Positions 62,072 to 63,647 of a stretch of DNA of 63,647 bases are shown here, one piece after another. The stretch is from IMG/VR virus record IMGVR_UViG_3300032080_000005, positions 1 to 63,647 of that record, one strand, 5' to 3'. Both the position numbers and the translations under genes were made by a program. The notes under the pieces are model-generated. The model was not told the origin of the DNA, searched no databases, and worked only from the letters and a program-made list of their open reading frames with translations. How positions within the stretch are numbered: position 1 is the stretch's first letter; each line of letters starts with the position of its first letter. Source of the DNA: a virus (lineage: Duplodnaviria > Caudoviricetes).

Positions 62072-62689
62072 ATGACCAAGCGCCAGAGACAAGCCAAACA
62101 CGCCGCAGAGCACCGCCACATGCGCGACCGTCTGCTGAGAATCTTCGACGCAGCGGACGCCGACGTGACGGAAGCAGGGCGACTCTGGTACCCCGGCGCG
62201 GAAAACGTCATCGCCGACCTGAGCCGTGAGTTCTCGCTAGGCCGCCCGCGTGTGGCCGCCGTCGTGGCGGTCCTATCGCCCCGGCAGCGCTGGCGCAAGA
62301 ACATCGAGGGTGCCCGCCACGTCCTGGAGGGGGAACCGTGGCGGGCACCCGGCTACGATCCCAACCGGGCGAAGGCGGTAGCCCTCGCTGAGGGAGCACC
62401 GCTGGAGCAGATCATCGGCGGCGACAAGGTCACGAGCTTTTGGGCCAACCTGATTGGCTCGCGCACCGCCGTCACGGTGGACGTGTGGGCGCAGCGTGCG
62501 GCCCTGGGGCACTACCACCGCCATCAACCAAAGCACGGCCGGTACGGGCGGCTCGTCTCGATCTACCGTGCCGCCGCTGAGGCAGCCGGGGAGACGCCCC
62601 GCGAGTTCCAAGCCATCGTCTGGAACGCGATCCGGCCCGCCGTCGAACATCAACGCGATTGGAGCGCCATCTATGGCACCGCATCTTGA
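62072..62689 (+). CDS. phage protein with possible glycosylase-like helical fold
   Basis: G..WY, AVLSPR..W..N, KVTSFW.N, VTVDVW, QAIVW; GAAAGGAG RBS. Confidence 0.7.
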   Translation: MTKRQRQAKHAAEHRHMRDRLLRIFDAADADVTEAGRLWYPGAENVIADLSREFSLGRPRVAAVVAVLSPRQRWRKNIEGARHVLEGEPWRAPGYDPNRAKAVALAEGAPLEQIIGGDKVTSFWANLIGSRTAVTVDVWAQRAALGHYHRHQPKHGRYGRLVSIYRAAAEAAGETPREFQAIVWNAIRPAVEHQRDWSAIYGTAS

Positions 62690-62933
62690 CTCCGCAGAGC
62701 TAGTGACCCGCGCCACGGCCGCCGAGTTGGCCCGCAAGGCACGGATCGAGGCTGACCGGACGGAGAACGGCGCTCGCATCCGCGAGCAAGTCGAACGGGA
62801 GGCACCCGCGCACATCACGGACGAAGACGCCGCAGAGCAACGGCGCTTTGAACTGGAAGACGAAATGCGCGACAAGCTGTCTCCCGAGGAGCTTTACCCA
62901 GAGCACTTCCCGGATGACGGGGAGGACTCATAA
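62673..62933 (+). CDS. acidic hypothetical protein
   Basis: GGAG RBS, overlapping start. Confidence 0.55.
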   Translation: MAPHLDSAELVTRATAAELARKARIEADRTENGARIREQVEREAPAHITDEDAAEQRRFELEDEMRDKLSPEELYPEHFPDDGEDS

Positions 62934-63538
62934 TGCAGCGCATCCATTATTTCGTGTTACACGAGACGGTGGAACCGTATATACGGCAACTGCTCGAAAC
63001 CAAGGAACAATTGGTAGAGAGCATACTGAAAGGAGTATCACCTATGGAACCCAATCTAGTGACGCTGGTTGTTCAGAATCCGGGGGAGCAGGCGGAGGTC
63101 ATCGCCCGCGACTACGGTCTGACGCCGGGAACCGCCATCGAGCAGTACGGCGGCCAGATCAAACACGGAGCGTTCGTTTCCCTGTCGGGCGACGGCGTAC
63201 AGCTTCTTGTCGCTGACCGCGAAGTTGACGGCATCCTGTACCTCCAGAACAACGAGCACCTGATCGACGGTCAGGGCGCGGACATCGACCTCATTGGCAG
63301 CGTCGTCGCCAGCGGTGACGTTCCCTGCGAGCCGGACGAGGCCGACCTGGAGACGTTCACCGTCTACGGCGTGAACGACAACCACGAGACGTTCACCGCC
63401 GTCGTCTCCGCCACCGAGGACACCATCGCGGACGTTGCCGTCAAGGCAGGCACCGTTGACGAGGGCTTCGAGCACCTTGTCAAGATCGTCGCCATCCTCA
63501 AAGGCGACCAGACGGACCTGGAGTCGGTCGAGGTCTAG
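62933..63538 (+). CDS. acidic hypothetical protein (alternative start 63044)
   Basis: TAATG coupling; internal AAAGGAG RBS before ATG 63044. Confidence 0.65.
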   Translation: MQRIHYFVLHETVEPYIRQLLETKEQLVESILKGVSPMEPNLVTLVVQNPGEQAEVIARDYGLTPGTAIEQYGGQIKHGAFVSLSGDGVQLLVADREVDGILYLQNNEHLIDGQGADIDLIGSVVASGDVPCEPDEADLETFTVYGVNDNHETFTAVVSATEDTIADVAVKAGTVDEGFEHLVKIVAILKGDQTDLESVEV

Positions 63539-63647
63539 TCCCTGTCACGGAGGGGGGGGGGGGGGGGGGGGGGTTACCACCCCCCCCCACAGTGAAAAAC
63601 AAACAAACAAAACCACAAACCAAAACGAGCAAAACAAATGAAAAACA

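Noticed and set aside
63545-63647. G-quadruplex or telomere-like terminal repeat
   Set aside because: Poly-G followed by A/C-rich low-complexity sequence at the contig end looks like a low-quality read tail. It may hide the junction to base 1, where a 5'-truncated ORF begins; needs a read check.
1-63647. Lysogeny module (integrase, repressor, parAB)
   Set aside because: No recombinase or ParA motifs recognised. PolA motif B has Tyr at the 762-equivalent position (KKFNY), which is associated with lytic phages. A divergent system cannot be excluded by eye.

Overview
The window appears to be a near-complete genome of a high-GC tailed dsDNA phage (HK97-type head, long non-contractile tail). I found no integrase or repressor. 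An actinobacterial host is inferred from an Rpf-like gene, many leaderless starts and GAAAGG-type ribosome-binding sites; Thermoleophilia/Solirubrobacterales is a tentative guess. Layout: + strand replication, nucleotide-metabolism and RNA-repair arm (about 2.6-29 kb); - strand virion, lysis and terminase arm with tRNA clusters (29-53.7 kb); + strand putative early arm with rIIA/rIIB (54-63.5 kb). Main find: an RNA-guided TIGR-Tas-like locus at 3372-4665. An HNH + Nop/IS110-like protein (TasH-like) is surrounded by five stem-closed dual-spacer units (stem-CCA-N9-CG-N4-CC[A/T]-N9-CG-stem), one of which lies inside the 3' end of the gene. Two guides predict overlapping targets that assemble into a foreign gene start, and two others begin with TTGAC. 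Other candidates: a tag-less mini-tmRNA-like RNA, six CRP-box promoters at identical -41.5 spacing, a recurrent TTGAC-N8-TANNNT promoter type, a strand-biased TGAGCTATCC repeat and several atypical tRNAs. All calls come from reading motifs by eye; no database searches were run.
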